Shown in pieces: positions 39,296 to 48,704 of a stretch of DNA of 58,330 nucleotides. The DNA is from Planctomycetaceae bacterium. GTDB lineage: Bacteria > Planctomycetota > Planctomycetia > Pirellulales > UBA1268. The stretch is taken from assembly GCA_040376455.1 (NCBI GenBank), contig JBEIQP010000003.1, positions 1 to 58,330 on the forward strand, given 5' to 3'. A program made the position numbers and the translations under genes. The notes under the pieces were generated by a model. It was not told the origin of the DNA, made no database searches, and saw nothing but the letters and a program-made list of their open reading frames with translations. Within the stretch, counting starts at the first letter, position 1; the number at the start of each line of letters is the position of its first letter.

Positions 39296-39676
39296 ATGAA
39301 AGACCCGACCGTCCGCGGCGTCGTCCACCTGGTCGAGGAGACCAAGACCTTCGGGCAGAAGGGCTTTCGCAAGCGCCTGGTGGTGCTCGAACAGTCCAAG
39401 GGCACGTTCACGAACTTCATTCCCGTCGAGTTCGTCAAGGATGGCTGCGACGCCGTCGATGACCTCGCCGTGGGAGACGACATCGAGGTGACCTACCGCC
39501 TCAGCGGCCGCCGCTGGCAGCGCGACGCGGCCAGCGAGGTCAAATTTTTCCTGAGTGCCGAGGGCCTCTCGTTCAAACGGCTGTCCGGGAGCGGCCGGCC
39601 CGACGACGCTGCGGACGACGCTGACGACCCGAACGATGCCTTTGCCGAGGCCGGTGACGACGACGTGCCGTTTTGA
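39296..39676 (+). CDS. DUF3127 family protein (SSB-like OB fold with acidic tail)
   Basis: TFGQKGFRKRLVV, IPVEFVKDGCD, VGDDIEVTYRLSGRRW, tail DDDVPF. Confidence 0.88.
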   Translation: MKDPTVRGVVHLVEETKTFGQKGFRKRLVVLEQSKGTFTNFIPVEFVKDGCDAVDDLAVGDDIEVTYRLSGRRWQRDAASEVKFFLSAEGLSFKRLSGSGRPDDAADDADDPNDAFAEAGDDDVPF

Positions 39677-40025
39677 GGCGGCCGGCGCCGGATCTCCCGT
39701 GAGCCACCCGATCCGCAACAGCCTTCGGGCGTGCCTCGGCGCCGTCTTGCCCGCGTCAGGCATTCAGGAATCCGGCGTGCCACAGTGCCGCCACCGCGGT
39801 CTCGACCGACTCCGCCGTCGTTGTCGATGAGCGGCGCGTAGTTGGCCTCGCGTTGATGCCCAAACAGCGTGACTTCTCGTCCAGACCGTCTATGGAGGGC
39901 TGAATGACGGGTCGGCAAGCGGCTCCGCAAGCGACGGCGGCCATGAGCGGCACGCCGGCCAACCGCGCGCCCGTGACCTGCCCCCCCGTATACGGCTCCC
40001 ACGTGATCCGTATGAAAGGGCTCGT

Positions 40026-42005
40026 TCAGCGCACGGCGCGGTTGCGGCCCCGGGCCGCCCGCTCCTGCCAGCGGAGCACGAGGATCGTGACGATGGCCGC
40101 CACCAGGATCTGCGTGGCGAGCGCCGCGATCGGTATCCAGATCGCCGGGTCGTAGCTGCCGAGGTTCTGCCAGAACGCAGGCACCCCGTTCCCCTCGCTG
40201 CGGCAGCCGCGATGCGCCCAGTAGAGCGGCGAGAAGAGCTTCGCGAGCACGGCGAGCACGCCGCCCCGGATCGGCAGGATCGTGGCCCCGAGCAGGATCT
40301 GGGGCGTGATCAAGAGAGGCACGGCGAGCACGCCCTTGTCGGTCGAGCGGACGCAGGCCGAGATGATCAGGCCGATCGTCGCGCAGGCCACGGCGGCAAG
40401 CCAGTCGCAGGTGGCGGAGACCAGGGCGCTGCGCCGGTAGATCGCGGCCGGACCCTCGCCGCCGATCGCCTCGCGGACCAGGAACCCCAGTTCGACGGTG
40501 GTCCTGAAAATCGCGACCTGCACCGCGAGGACGACGGCCAGCGCCGCGACCTTGGCGATCACGTAGGCGGCGAACTGCAGGCCGTGCCGCCGCTCGAGGT
40601 CGAGCATCGGCCGCTCCTTGACGATCTCCCGGAAGCCGGTCACGAACCCGAGGATGACCATGCAGATGCTCATCAGCGAAAGCCACTTGAACGTGCCGCC
40701 GGGATCGATGATCTCGCGATCCGGCGCGACGGGGAGCGTGTCGGCGAGGGCATCGCGGATGAGCCGCTTGGTCGATGGCTCCCGCAGGTGGGCGAGCAGT
40801 TTCGGCTGCCTGTCGAGAAACACCCGGATCTGACCGGGGATGCTGGCATTCTGCTCCGACACGGTGTCGGTCGCGATCGCCTCCGACACCTCCCCCCACA
40901 CGTCCGCCAGCACCTCTTTCTCGCCGGGGTCGAGGAACCGCGTCAGCATGAGTGGGTTTCGGAATCGTATGTCGGCGAAGCCGGCCAGCACGGCACCCGC
41001 GAGCGCGAGCGGCAGGAGCAGGGACATCGCGATGCCCACGCGGTCGCGGAGGACCGTTTCGAGTTCGCGGCAGAAAAACGTGGTGAACTGGCGGAGGAAT
41101 CCGGGGATCGAGACCGCCGCGATCGCGGCCACCTGCTCCGGGGCGTTGCCGCGGGCGGGCTCGGCGGTCCGCCGAGCCTCCGCCAGGAGGCGATCTTCGG
41201 CGAGCCGCTCCCGCCAGCGGGCGGACCAGAAACCGGGCGGCTTGTCCTCGATGGCGACGTAGACGTCGGCGAGCCGATGCACTCCAAAGTGGACCTGCGC
41301 CTCCACGCGCGAGCCGAACCAGACCACCTCGCCATGGCCCAGAATCAGAAGCTTGTCGGCTTCGTCAACGTTGTCGAGGTGATGCGTGACCGCGATCACG
41401 GTCGTGCCGGCCCGGGCCCGGTCGGCCAGGAGTGTCATGATCCGGGCTTCGGTGGCCGGATCGAGGCTCGAGGTCGCCTCGTCGATCACGAGCAGGCCCG
41501 GGGCGGCGAGCATCTCGGCAGCGAGGCTCGCCCGCTTCATCTCGCCACCCGAGAGGTTGCTGATCGTCTGGTGCCGCACCTGGTCGAGGCCGACCGCGGC
41601 GACGACCCGATCGATCGCGGCCTGTCGCTCCGCGGCGGACGCATCTGCCGGCAGCCGGACCTCCGATGCGTAGTGGAGCGCCCGCTCGACCGGCAGGGCC
41701 GGCGGATTCACGTCCCGCTGGGGCACGTAGCCGATCGCGCCACGGAGGGCGTCGGCCTCACCGAACACGTCGTGCCCGCCCACGAGCAGCCGGCCGGCTG
41801 CCATCTCCCGTTCACCCAAGATCGCCCGCACCAGCGTGCTCTTGCCCGCCCCGCTGGGGCCCAGCACGCAGACGAACTCGCCCGGCACGATCCGGAAGTT
41901 CACGTCCTTGAGAAGCGTTTGTCGCTCCCCGCCGCGGCCAGTAGGCACCGCCACGGTTACGCCCTCGGCGATCACCGACAGTCCTGTCTTTGCTGCGAGC
42001 GTCAT
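40026..42005 (-). CDS. ABC transporter, fused NBD + ABC-2 permease (ABCG-like half transporter)
   Basis: GPSGAGKST, IGYVPQ, LSGGEMKRAS, IDEATSSLDP, then REIVKER and several TM helices. Confidence 0.9.
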   Translation of the reverse strand: MTLAAKTGLSVIAEGVTVAVPTGRGGERQTLLKDVNFRIVPGEFVCVLGPSGAGKSTLVRAILGEREMAAGRLLVGGHDVFGEADALRGAIGYVPQRDVNPPALPVERALHYASEVRLPADASAAERQAAIDRVVAAVGLDQVRHQTISNLSGGEMKRASLAAEMLAAPGLLVIDEATSSLDPATEARIMTLLADRARAGTTVIAVTHHLDNVDEADKLLILGHGEVVWFGSRVEAQVHFGVHRLADVYVAIEDKPPGFWSARWRERLAEDRLLAEARRTAEPARGNAPEQVAAIAAVSIPGFLRQFTTFFCRELETVLRDRVGIAMSLLLPLALAGAVLAGFADIRFRNPLMLTRFLDPGEKEVLADVWGEVSEAIATDTVSEQNASIPGQIRVFLDRQPKLLAHLREPSTKRLIRDALADTLPVAPDREIIDPGGTFKWLSLMSICMVILGFVTGFREIVKERPMLDLERRHGLQFAAYVIAKVAALAVVLAVQVAIFRTTVELGFLVREAIGGEGPAAIYRRSALVSATCDWLAAVACATIGLIISACVRSTDKGVLAVPLLITPQILLGATILPIRGGVLAVLAKLFSPLYWAHRGCRSEGNGVPAFWQNLGSYDPAIWIPIAALATQILVAAIVTILVLRWQERAARGRNRAVR

Positions 42006-42136
42006 AGGTGGTCGTTCGGCGAGCGAACTGTTTGTTTCATCTCGGATTCAAACTGCGATTATAGCAGTGTGCATCGGGCACGGGCCGGGATACCATCGTG
42101 CTCCGACACCATTCGCTTTGGCCGACGGCTTCCCTC

Positions 42137-43729
42137 ATGGCGCAGCGACGCACCGATCTCGACGCCCTGCGCAGCTTCGCCATGCTGCTGGGGATCGCGC
42201 TCCATGCCTCGTTGAGCTTCTTCGCGTTTCCCTGGCCCGCGCACGACACGCGGCACAGCGATCTGCTGCCGCTGTTCCTCGTGGCGGTGCATGGCTTCCG
42301 GATGCCGCTCTTTTTCCTGCTCAGTGGCTATTTCACGATGCTCGTCTACCGGCGCCGCGGGCTCACGAGTCTGCTCGAGCAGCGGTTCGCTCGCATCTTC
42401 CTGCCGCTGGTGATCGCGACCGCGACGATCGTGCCGCTCGACATGGCGCTCAAGGGCTTCGCCCATCGCGTGATCCGTCCAGACCCCGCCATCGCGGAGA
42501 TCCTCTCCGGCGACGAGCCTGCGGTGCGGAGCAGGCTCGCCACGCCGGGGGCCGTCGCCCGCAAGGACTCCTTCTATGGCCGCACGCCGCTCGGCTGGGC
42601 CACGATGCACGGCGATCCTGCGATCCTCGCCGCGGTGCTCGATGCCGGCGGCGACGTGCATGAGCGGGATGGCAGCGGCAACACGCCCCTCCACGTGGTC
42701 GCCTACTTCGGCCGGGACGCGGCGGGCCGAGTGCTCCTGGAGCGGGGTGCCGATCCTCGCGCCCGGAACGTCGTCGGTCGGCTGCCGGCGGCGATGATGG
42801 CGCTCCCGGCGGACGCCGCCGCCGAGTTCGCGCCGCTCATCGGCCTCAACCCGCTCGGTGCGGACGACGTGCTGCAGGGCCGCGAGCGGCTCCGTGGGAT
42901 TCTCCCCACGGGCCCGAACGTGGAGGGCACGGAGGGCGGCCTGTTCGACCGGCTGACGCTCGCCTGGTCACGGATGCTCTCATCGGAGCGGCTGCGATTG
43001 CGGTTCGGCTCGTGGTCGCTCCACCTGTTCCAGACGAACGTCTTCGACCATCTCTGGTTCCTGTGGTTTCTCTGCTGGCTCGTTGCGATCTTCGCGCTGC
43101 TCGCCGTGACGGGGCTCCTACCAGCGGGCCGGCAGCGGTGGTGGCTCGTGGCGGCCTCGTGCCTGCCGCAGGCGGTGATGGGCATGTCGCTGGCCGGGGC
43201 CTTTGGCCCCGACACTTCACTCGGGCTCCTCCCGAAACCGCACGTGCTCGGGTTCTACGCCTGTTTCTATTTCTTTGGCGTCGCCACGTTCGCGGCCGAG
43301 GGCATCGACACGCGGCTCGGCCGGCACTGGAAGTTTTTGCTGCCGGCTGCGGTGGCGATTCTCGTGGCCGGCATCGCAACGATGAACGATCGGCTGCTCG
43401 CCACCGTCCTCCAGCCCGCCTATGCGTGGACGATGTCGCTGGGGCTCATCGGCCTGTTCTGCCGTCTCTTTCCGCATCCTCGTCCTGCGGTGTCGTGGCT
43501 GGCCGATGCGTCGTATTGGATGTATCTGGTCCACGTGCCGCTGGTCATGGTGGCCCAACTGGTCGTCCGACAGTGGCCGCTGCCTGCGGGCCTGAAGTTT
43601 CTCCTGATCCTCGGCCTGGTGACGCCGCTCTTGCTCGCGACCTACCGCTGGTGCGTGCGGTACACCCCGATCGGCAGCCTGCTCAACGGGCCGCGGGAGT
43701 TCCACCCGGCGAGCGGGGCCCGTCAGTAG
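42137..43729 (+). CDS. Acyltransferase family 3 (OpgC/MdoC-like) with internal ankyrin repeats
   Basis: DLDALRSFAMLLGIALH, HGFRMPLFFLLSG, ankyrin motifs GRTPLGWA and GNTPLHVVA..LLERGADP, HLWFLWFL, LADASYWMYLVH. Confidence 0.9.
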   Translation: MAQRRTDLDALRSFAMLLGIALHASLSFFAFPWPAHDTRHSDLLPLFLVAVHGFRMPLFFLLSGYFTMLVYRRRGLTSLLEQRFARIFLPLVIATATIVPLDMALKGFAHRVIRPDPAIAEILSGDEPAVRSRLATPGAVARKDSFYGRTPLGWATMHGDPAILAAVLDAGGDVHERDGSGNTPLHVVAYFGRDAAGRVLLERGADPRARNVVGRLPAAMMALPADAAAEFAPLIGLNPLGADDVLQGRERLRGILPTGPNVEGTEGGLFDRLTLAWSRMLSSERLRLRFGSWSLHLFQTNVFDHLWFLWFLCWLVAIFALLAVTGLLPAGRQRWWLVAASCLPQAVMGMSLAGAFGPDTSLGLLPKPHVLGFYACFYFFGVATFAAEGIDTRLGRHWKFLLPAAVAILVAGIATMNDRLLATVLQPAYAWTMSLGLIGLFCRLFPHPRPAVSWLADASYWMYLVHVPLVMVAQLVVRQWPLPAGLKFLLILGLVTPLLLATYRWCVRYTPIGSLLNGPREFHPASGARQ

Positions 43730-45747
43730 CGGTGGTCGTCGGGATCGTAGTCGGGCGAAGGAACGACGTTTCCTTCCGGATCAGCCACGAACTTGAAGCG
43801 GTGGTCCACCAGCCTCCGGAGAAACCGCGACCGCACGATCGCCGAGTAAAAAGTCTTGAACGATTCGCCCTTGGCGTCGAGCGGCTTCTCGGAGGCGAAC
43901 GTAAACATCGGCAGCAGCATCTCGTCGTGGATGGTCTCGTTGTGCCAGACGGGCTGAGGCGGAGCGAACGGGTTTCGCGGGTTGGCAGCGGAGTTGTCGT
44001 AGGACACTTCCGCTTCGAACCGCGTGCCGGCCGGAAAAAGGCGGGGTTCTTTCAGCTCGTACGACAACTGCCAGTTGTAGTCCCACTGCGGCACTCGCAG
44101 GACCAGGAGCTGCTGCTTCTCGCCCGGCAGGGTGGCCCTGAGTTCGACCCACCGGGCGAGCTGGTGCGCGTGCGGCACGACGCTCACGAAATCGGCGTCT
44201 TGGGGGAGCGTGTAGCTGCCGCGGACGCGGAAGTCGGTGACGCCCGCCGGCACCACCGCGAACTCGCCGCTGAGATAAATCATGTTCATCACCTTGCGCG
44301 GCGGCTGCTTTTCCAGCCAGATGCCGACCCGGCTCGAATCGGTTTCCCGCTTTCCGGTGCGGACGTAGTGCACCTGCACCACGATGTCGCAGCCCGCCGG
44401 AATCACCACCGCGGCATCGCCGGGGGCGACCGTCGCCCGGACCCCCGGCACGAAGCCGCCCACGAACGAGGCCCGTGGCTGCCCGTCGTCGCGAATGGGC
44501 GGCACCCGGAATCCGATGCCATGGGAATCCTGAAAGCCACCGGCCCGGTCGTCGGGATGACCGAAGCCGTCGCGGCCGCCGTGGTCCCGCACGGCCTCCT
44601 CCGCCGTCTCCCGCGGCAGGTGCCCCATCAGCGCGTGGTGCACGACCTTGCGATTGCCGGGCAGAAACTGGATCGCGCGGAGCCTCAGTTCCTCGGGGCG
44701 ATCAAGTGGAAACACGATGTGGCGGTAGACGTCGTTGCCGTCGGAGCCGAGCTGCGTCGGCTCCGGCTGCTCGAGCACGATGTCAGGGGGGCCGAGATCC
44801 TCCTGGAAGGCCGAGTAGTCCGGCAGCGGCGGGAGCGTGGGCGCATCGGCGCGATTTCCTTCCGGCTTGCCGGCGGCCACCCACTGCCTCAGCATGGCAA
44901 GCTCCGCGGCGGTCGGCGGCTTCGTACACGTGTACTCGAGATCGCTCTCGATCTGTGCCGGCGGCATCCGCCGGGCTTCGATCTCCTCGATGGCGAGTTC
45001 CGCCCACTCGACCGCGTCGTCGAAGCTGAGCAGGTCGAACGGTCCGGCCTGGTTCGGGCTGTGGCACTTCTGGCACTGGGCGTGGAGGAACGGCAGGACA
45101 TCGTGGAAGAACGTCGGCGCGTGCGGGGCCGCGGCCGCCGCCTGAGCGACAGGCCGTTCCGGCCGATCGAGCGGGCAGCCGGCGGCCTTGGTCCGCGGCT
45201 CGCGGATCTCGCGTCCGGCGAGCAGGTCTTGGATCGCGTTCGCGAGTTCGGGCTCGGCATCGCCGGGAGTCATCACGCCACGGATCTTGTAGCGGTCGTC
45301 GATCCGGCCGGCGTAGCGGATGCGCCGGTCGCGATCCACGAGCACCACCTCGGGGGTGATCGTCGCATGGAGAGCCTCGGCGAGCTTGAAGTCTGTGTCG
45401 AGGTGAATCGGAAACGTGATGCCATACTCCTTGCGGTACCCATCGACCTCCCCAGGCTCGTCGCATTCGCAGACCACGCCCAGGAACCGGACGCGGTCGG
45501 CGGCAAAACGCGCCGCCAATCCCTCGAGTACCGGGGCGTATTCCTGCGCGAGCGGGCAGGAGGGATGGAGAAACGCGAAGCAGACGGCACGGCCGTCGGG
45601 GCCGAGCAGGTCGGCGAACGGGATGGCGGCGTTGTCGCGTCCCCGCACGACGAGCCGTTCAGGGCGAAGCGGCTCGGTCGCCGCGACGACCGAACCCACG
45701 ATCGTCAGCCAGCAGAACAGCATGGCTCGGATGAGATCCCGCTTCAT
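43723..45747 (-). CDS. Redoxin + c-type heme motif + copper type II monooxygenase-like fusion protein
   Basis: SCPLA and YAGRIDD (redoxin), CQKCH (CxxCH), RRMPP, VVHHAL, QVHY, PHAH, WDYNWQ, DEM. Confidence 0.88.
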   Translation of the reverse strand: MKRDLIRAMLFCWLTIVGSVVAATEPLRPERLVVRGRDNAAIPFADLLGPDGRAVCFAFLHPSCPLAQEYAPVLEGLAARFAADRVRFLGVVCECDEPGEVDGYRKEYGITFPIHLDTDFKLAEALHATITPEVVLVDRDRRIRYAGRIDDRYKIRGVMTPGDAEPELANAIQDLLAGREIREPRTKAAGCPLDRPERPVAQAAAAAPHAPTFFHDVLPFLHAQCQKCHSPNQAGPFDLLSFDDAVEWAELAIEEIEARRMPPAQIESDLEYTCTKPPTAAELAMLRQWVAAGKPEGNRADAPTLPPLPDYSAFQEDLGPPDIVLEQPEPTQLGSDGNDVYRHIVFPLDRPEELRLRAIQFLPGNRKVVHHALMGHLPRETAEEAVRDHGGRDGFGHPDDRAGGFQDSHGIGFRVPPIRDDGQPRASFVGGFVPGVRATVAPGDAAVVIPAGCDIVVQVHYVRTGKRETDSSRVGIWLEKQPPRKVMNMIYLSGEFAVVPAGVTDFRVRGSYTLPQDADFVSVVPHAHQLARWVELRATLPGEKQQLLVLRVPQWDYNWQLSYELKEPRLFPAGTRFEAEVSYDNSAANPRNPFAPPQPVWHNETIHDEMLLPMFTFASEKPLDAKGESFKTFYSAIVRSRFLRRLVDHRFKFVADPEGNVVPSPDYDPDDHRY

Positions 45748-45910
45748 CGCCGCAGCATAGACGCGCTCGCTCGCCGCCGCCAACCTGATGTGGTCTTGGA
45801 GGCGGCACCGCAGGACGACGGTCGCGAGCACGGCCAGTTGGGCGAGGGGGTGCTGCTACCGCACCCTCAGAGAAGCCATCTGCACTGGGAAACAAGGAAC
45901 AAAACCAAAC

Positions 45911-45983
<73 letters not shown>

Positions 45984-46154
45984 GACGCCTGATTTATAGG
46001 CGATTTTCCCTGCGCCGTCGTTGGCGGGCGCTGCCGCCCCGAAATCACCACCGACGGCCGTGCCGGCATGCTGAGCCCGGATATCCGGATATGATGCCGC
46101 TCACGAAACGGCGCGGCGCGGTACGCCGCCCACCCCCGGCGACACCCTGCAGCC

Positions 46155-47570
46155 ATGGCATTCTGCGACGACTCCTTCCTGCTCTCCAACCCGGTTGCCG
46201 CCGACCTCTACCATCGGGTCGCGGCCCCGCAGCCGATTGTCGACTACCACTGCCACCTCAGCCCGCGCGACATCGCCGAGGACCGGCGGTTCGAGAACCT
46301 GCACGCCGTCTGGCTCGACGGCGACCACTACAAGTGGCGGGCCATGCGGGCCAACGGCGTCGCCGAGGACCTGATCACGGGCGCCGCCACGCCGCGTGAC
46401 AAATTCCAGGCCTGGGCCGAGACCGTTCCCCACACGCTCCGCAACCCGCTCTTCCACTGGACCCACCTGGAACTGCGGCGGCATTTTGGGATCGAGGACC
46501 TGCTGGACGCCACGACGGCCGAGCCCATCTGGATCGAGGCCAATCGGCAACTGGCCCACGGCGACCTCACCGCCCGCGGCATCCTGGCGCGGATGAACGT
46601 GGAACTGGTCGGCACCACCGACGACCCGGCCGACAGCCTCGAGTGGCACGACGCCATCGCGGCATCCGGCTGCGCGACCCGTGTCGTGCCGACCTTCCGA
46701 CCCGACGCCGCGCTCAAGGTGCACGAGCCCAGCCGCGTGCAGGCCTGGGCCCGACGACTTGCGGACGCCGCCGGCATCGGAGCCGACACGTTCTCCGGCC
46801 TGCTCGCCGCCCTCGAACGCCGACACGCCGCCTTCGCCGCCGCGGGCGGCCGTGCCACCGACCACGGCCTCGCCTGCCTGCCCGATACCGACTGCACCGA
46901 GTCGGAGGCGGCCACGATCTGGCAACGCGCGATGGCCGGCACGGCCGCGACGCCCGCCGAGACGGAGCGGTTCACGGCATTCCTCATGCTGCACGTGGCC
47001 AGACTCAATCACGCCACGGGCTGGGTGACCCAATTACACCTCGGGCCGTTCCGCGACCCCAACCCCCTGCTCGCCCGGCGGCTCGGAGCGGACGCGGGCT
47101 GCGACACGATCGGCGACGCCCGCCAGGGCCCCGGCTTGGTCCGCTTCCTGGGTACGCTCGCCGCCGAGGGCAGCCTCGGCAGGACGATCCTCTACAACAT
47201 CAACCCGGCCGACAACGCGGTTTTCGCGGCGATGCCCGGCTCGTTCCAAGACGGCGTCATCCCGGGCAAGATCCAGTGGGGCAGCGGCTGGTGGTTCATG
47301 GATCAGGAGCGGGGCATGCGGGCGCAGATCGACATGCTCTCCGACCTCGGCCTGCTCTCCCGGTTCGTGGGGATGGTGACCGACTCGCGGTCGTTCCTCT
47401 CCTACCCCCGGCACGAGTACTTCCGCCGGATCCTCTGCGATCTCGTGGGGAGCGACGTGACCAGCGGCCGACTGCCCCACCGCCTCGACTGGCTCGAGCG
47501 GCTGATCCGCGGCGTCTGCTGCGGCAACGCCCGCGATGCGTTCGGCGTCACGGGCACCGCGCCGGCCTGA
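46155..47570 (+). CDS. uxaC: Glucuronate isomerase
   Basis: PIVDYHCHL, GDHYKWRAMRANG, NPLFHWTHLEL, TTDDP, PTFRPD, GSGWWF, TDSRSFLSYPRHEYFRRILC. Confidence 0.97.
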   Translation: MAFCDDSFLLSNPVAADLYHRVAAPQPIVDYHCHLSPRDIAEDRRFENLHAVWLDGDHYKWRAMRANGVAEDLITGAATPRDKFQAWAETVPHTLRNPLFHWTHLELRRHFGIEDLLDATTAEPIWIEANRQLAHGDLTARGILARMNVELVGTTDDPADSLEWHDAIAASGCATRVVPTFRPDAALKVHEPSRVQAWARRLADAAGIGADTFSGLLAALERRHAAFAAAGGRATDHGLACLPDTDCTESEAATIWQRAMAGTAATPAETERFTAFLMLHVARLNHATGWVTQLHLGPFRDPNPLLARRLGADAGCDTIGDARQGPGLVRFLGTLAAEGSLGRTILYNINPADNAVFAAMPGSFQDGVIPGKIQWGSGWWFMDQERGMRAQIDMLSDLGLLSRFVGMVTDSRSFLSYPRHEYFRRILCDLVGSDVTSGRLPHRLDWLERLIRGVCCGNARDAFGVTGTAPA

Positions 47571-48486
47571 CCCGGTCGAGCGAAAACCGCACGCGGACGT
47601 CCGGGTGCGTGGTGTAGAGCCGGTGCCGCGTGCCGTCGAACACGAGCGTGGCGCTCGACCGCTTCGGCTCCTCCGGATCGACCGGCAGGATCGGGTTGCC
47701 GCCGTACTTCGTCCAGTGGACGAGGTCGTCGCTCGCCGCGATGCAGGTCTGCCAGGCACTCCGATCGGCGATTGGGCTGGCGTGGTAATACATGTAGTAG
47801 CGGCCGCGATGCTGGACGATCTGATTGACGGCGACCGCATGCCGGTCATACGGCTCCGGCCCGCAGGCGAGCACCGGTTCGTCGCGCACGTTGGTGAACG
47901 TGCGCAGGTCGCGCGACGTGGCCAACCACACGCCGTCGTCCATCCGCTCGTAGAACAGATGCCACACGCCCCGCTCGAACCAGACCGCCGGCGTGCCGCG
48001 CGGGCCGGCCGGGAGCGGCAGGCCGTTCGCGAGCCGGATGTCGAGCGGCCCGCACGCCCGCCAGCAGATCCGGTCGTTCGACGTGAGCAGGTGGGCGATG
48101 TCCCGCTCCCCTTCCGCGAACATGAAGTACGCCCCGCACCGCGGCACCACGCAGACGTCCTCCACCCAGCGATCGGCCACCAGCGGCCGCGGGCTGCTCC
48201 GCCGCCAGGTGAGGCCATCGGGACTGGTCGCGTGGCCCAGACGGCGGACCGGATCCCGATCGCGGTTCGACCCGGTGTACCAGAGGTGCCAGGTCGCCCC
48301 TTCGCGGATGATCCAGCCGCGTTCGCGCAGGTCGCGATCCCATGCGTTTGGTCCGCCTCCCGCGAACAGCGGCTCGGCAGACACCGGCCCGAACGCGACG
48401 AGCTCGGAGGGAAACCGCGGCTCCCCGGCCGCCGCCACCGAGGCCACGAGGCCCATGGCCAGACCCAGCGCACGACACCGATCCAT
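47548..48486 (-). CDS. Secreted five-bladed beta-propeller glycoside hydrolase (GH43/32/130 clan-like)
   Basis: Signal peptide, WD..RERGW, WHLWYTG, LGHATSPDGLTW, VED, ASDDLVHWTKYGGNP. Confidence 0.8.
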   Translation of the reverse strand: MDRCRALGLAMGLVASVAAAGEPRFPSELVAFGPVSAEPLFAGGGPNAWDRDLRERGWIIREGATWHLWYTGSNRDRDPVRRLGHATSPDGLTWRRSSPRPLVADRWVEDVCVVPRCGAYFMFAEGERDIAHLLTSNDRICWRACGPLDIRLANGLPLPAGPRGTPAVWFERGVWHLFYERMDDGVWLATSRDLRTFTNVRDEPVLACGPEPYDRHAVAVNQIVQHRGRYYMYYHASPIADRSAWQTCIAASDDLVHWTKYGGNPILPVDPEEPKRSSATLVFDGTRHRLYTTHPDVRVRFSLDRVRPARCP

Positions 48487-48704
48487 CACTCGCCTCGCTT
48501 GCATGGCGGCATCATAGCCCGCTGGTTCCGCTCATGCGGCGCAGCGACTCCGCGGCACGGCTGGCACGCATCTCGTGGGCGAACCGGAGGCCCACGCCGC
48601 CCGCACCAGCTGCATGCCGGGGGCGGCCGGCCCTGAGAATGGGTACGATTCTACGCGGCTCGCTCCCGGCCGGTCCCTCGCCTCCCCCGCGACGCCTCGA
48701 CGCC

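Noticed and set aside
45760-45910. Possible integrase remnant next to the tRNA
   Set aside because: No recognisable recombinase motif in any frame; only a short hairpin (gggtgc/gcaccc) and an A-rich tract.
48562-48576. Sigma-54-like TGGCACG upstream of the kinase/NtrC pair
   Set aside because: The -12 element reads TCGT instead of TTGC; the invariant GC is missing.
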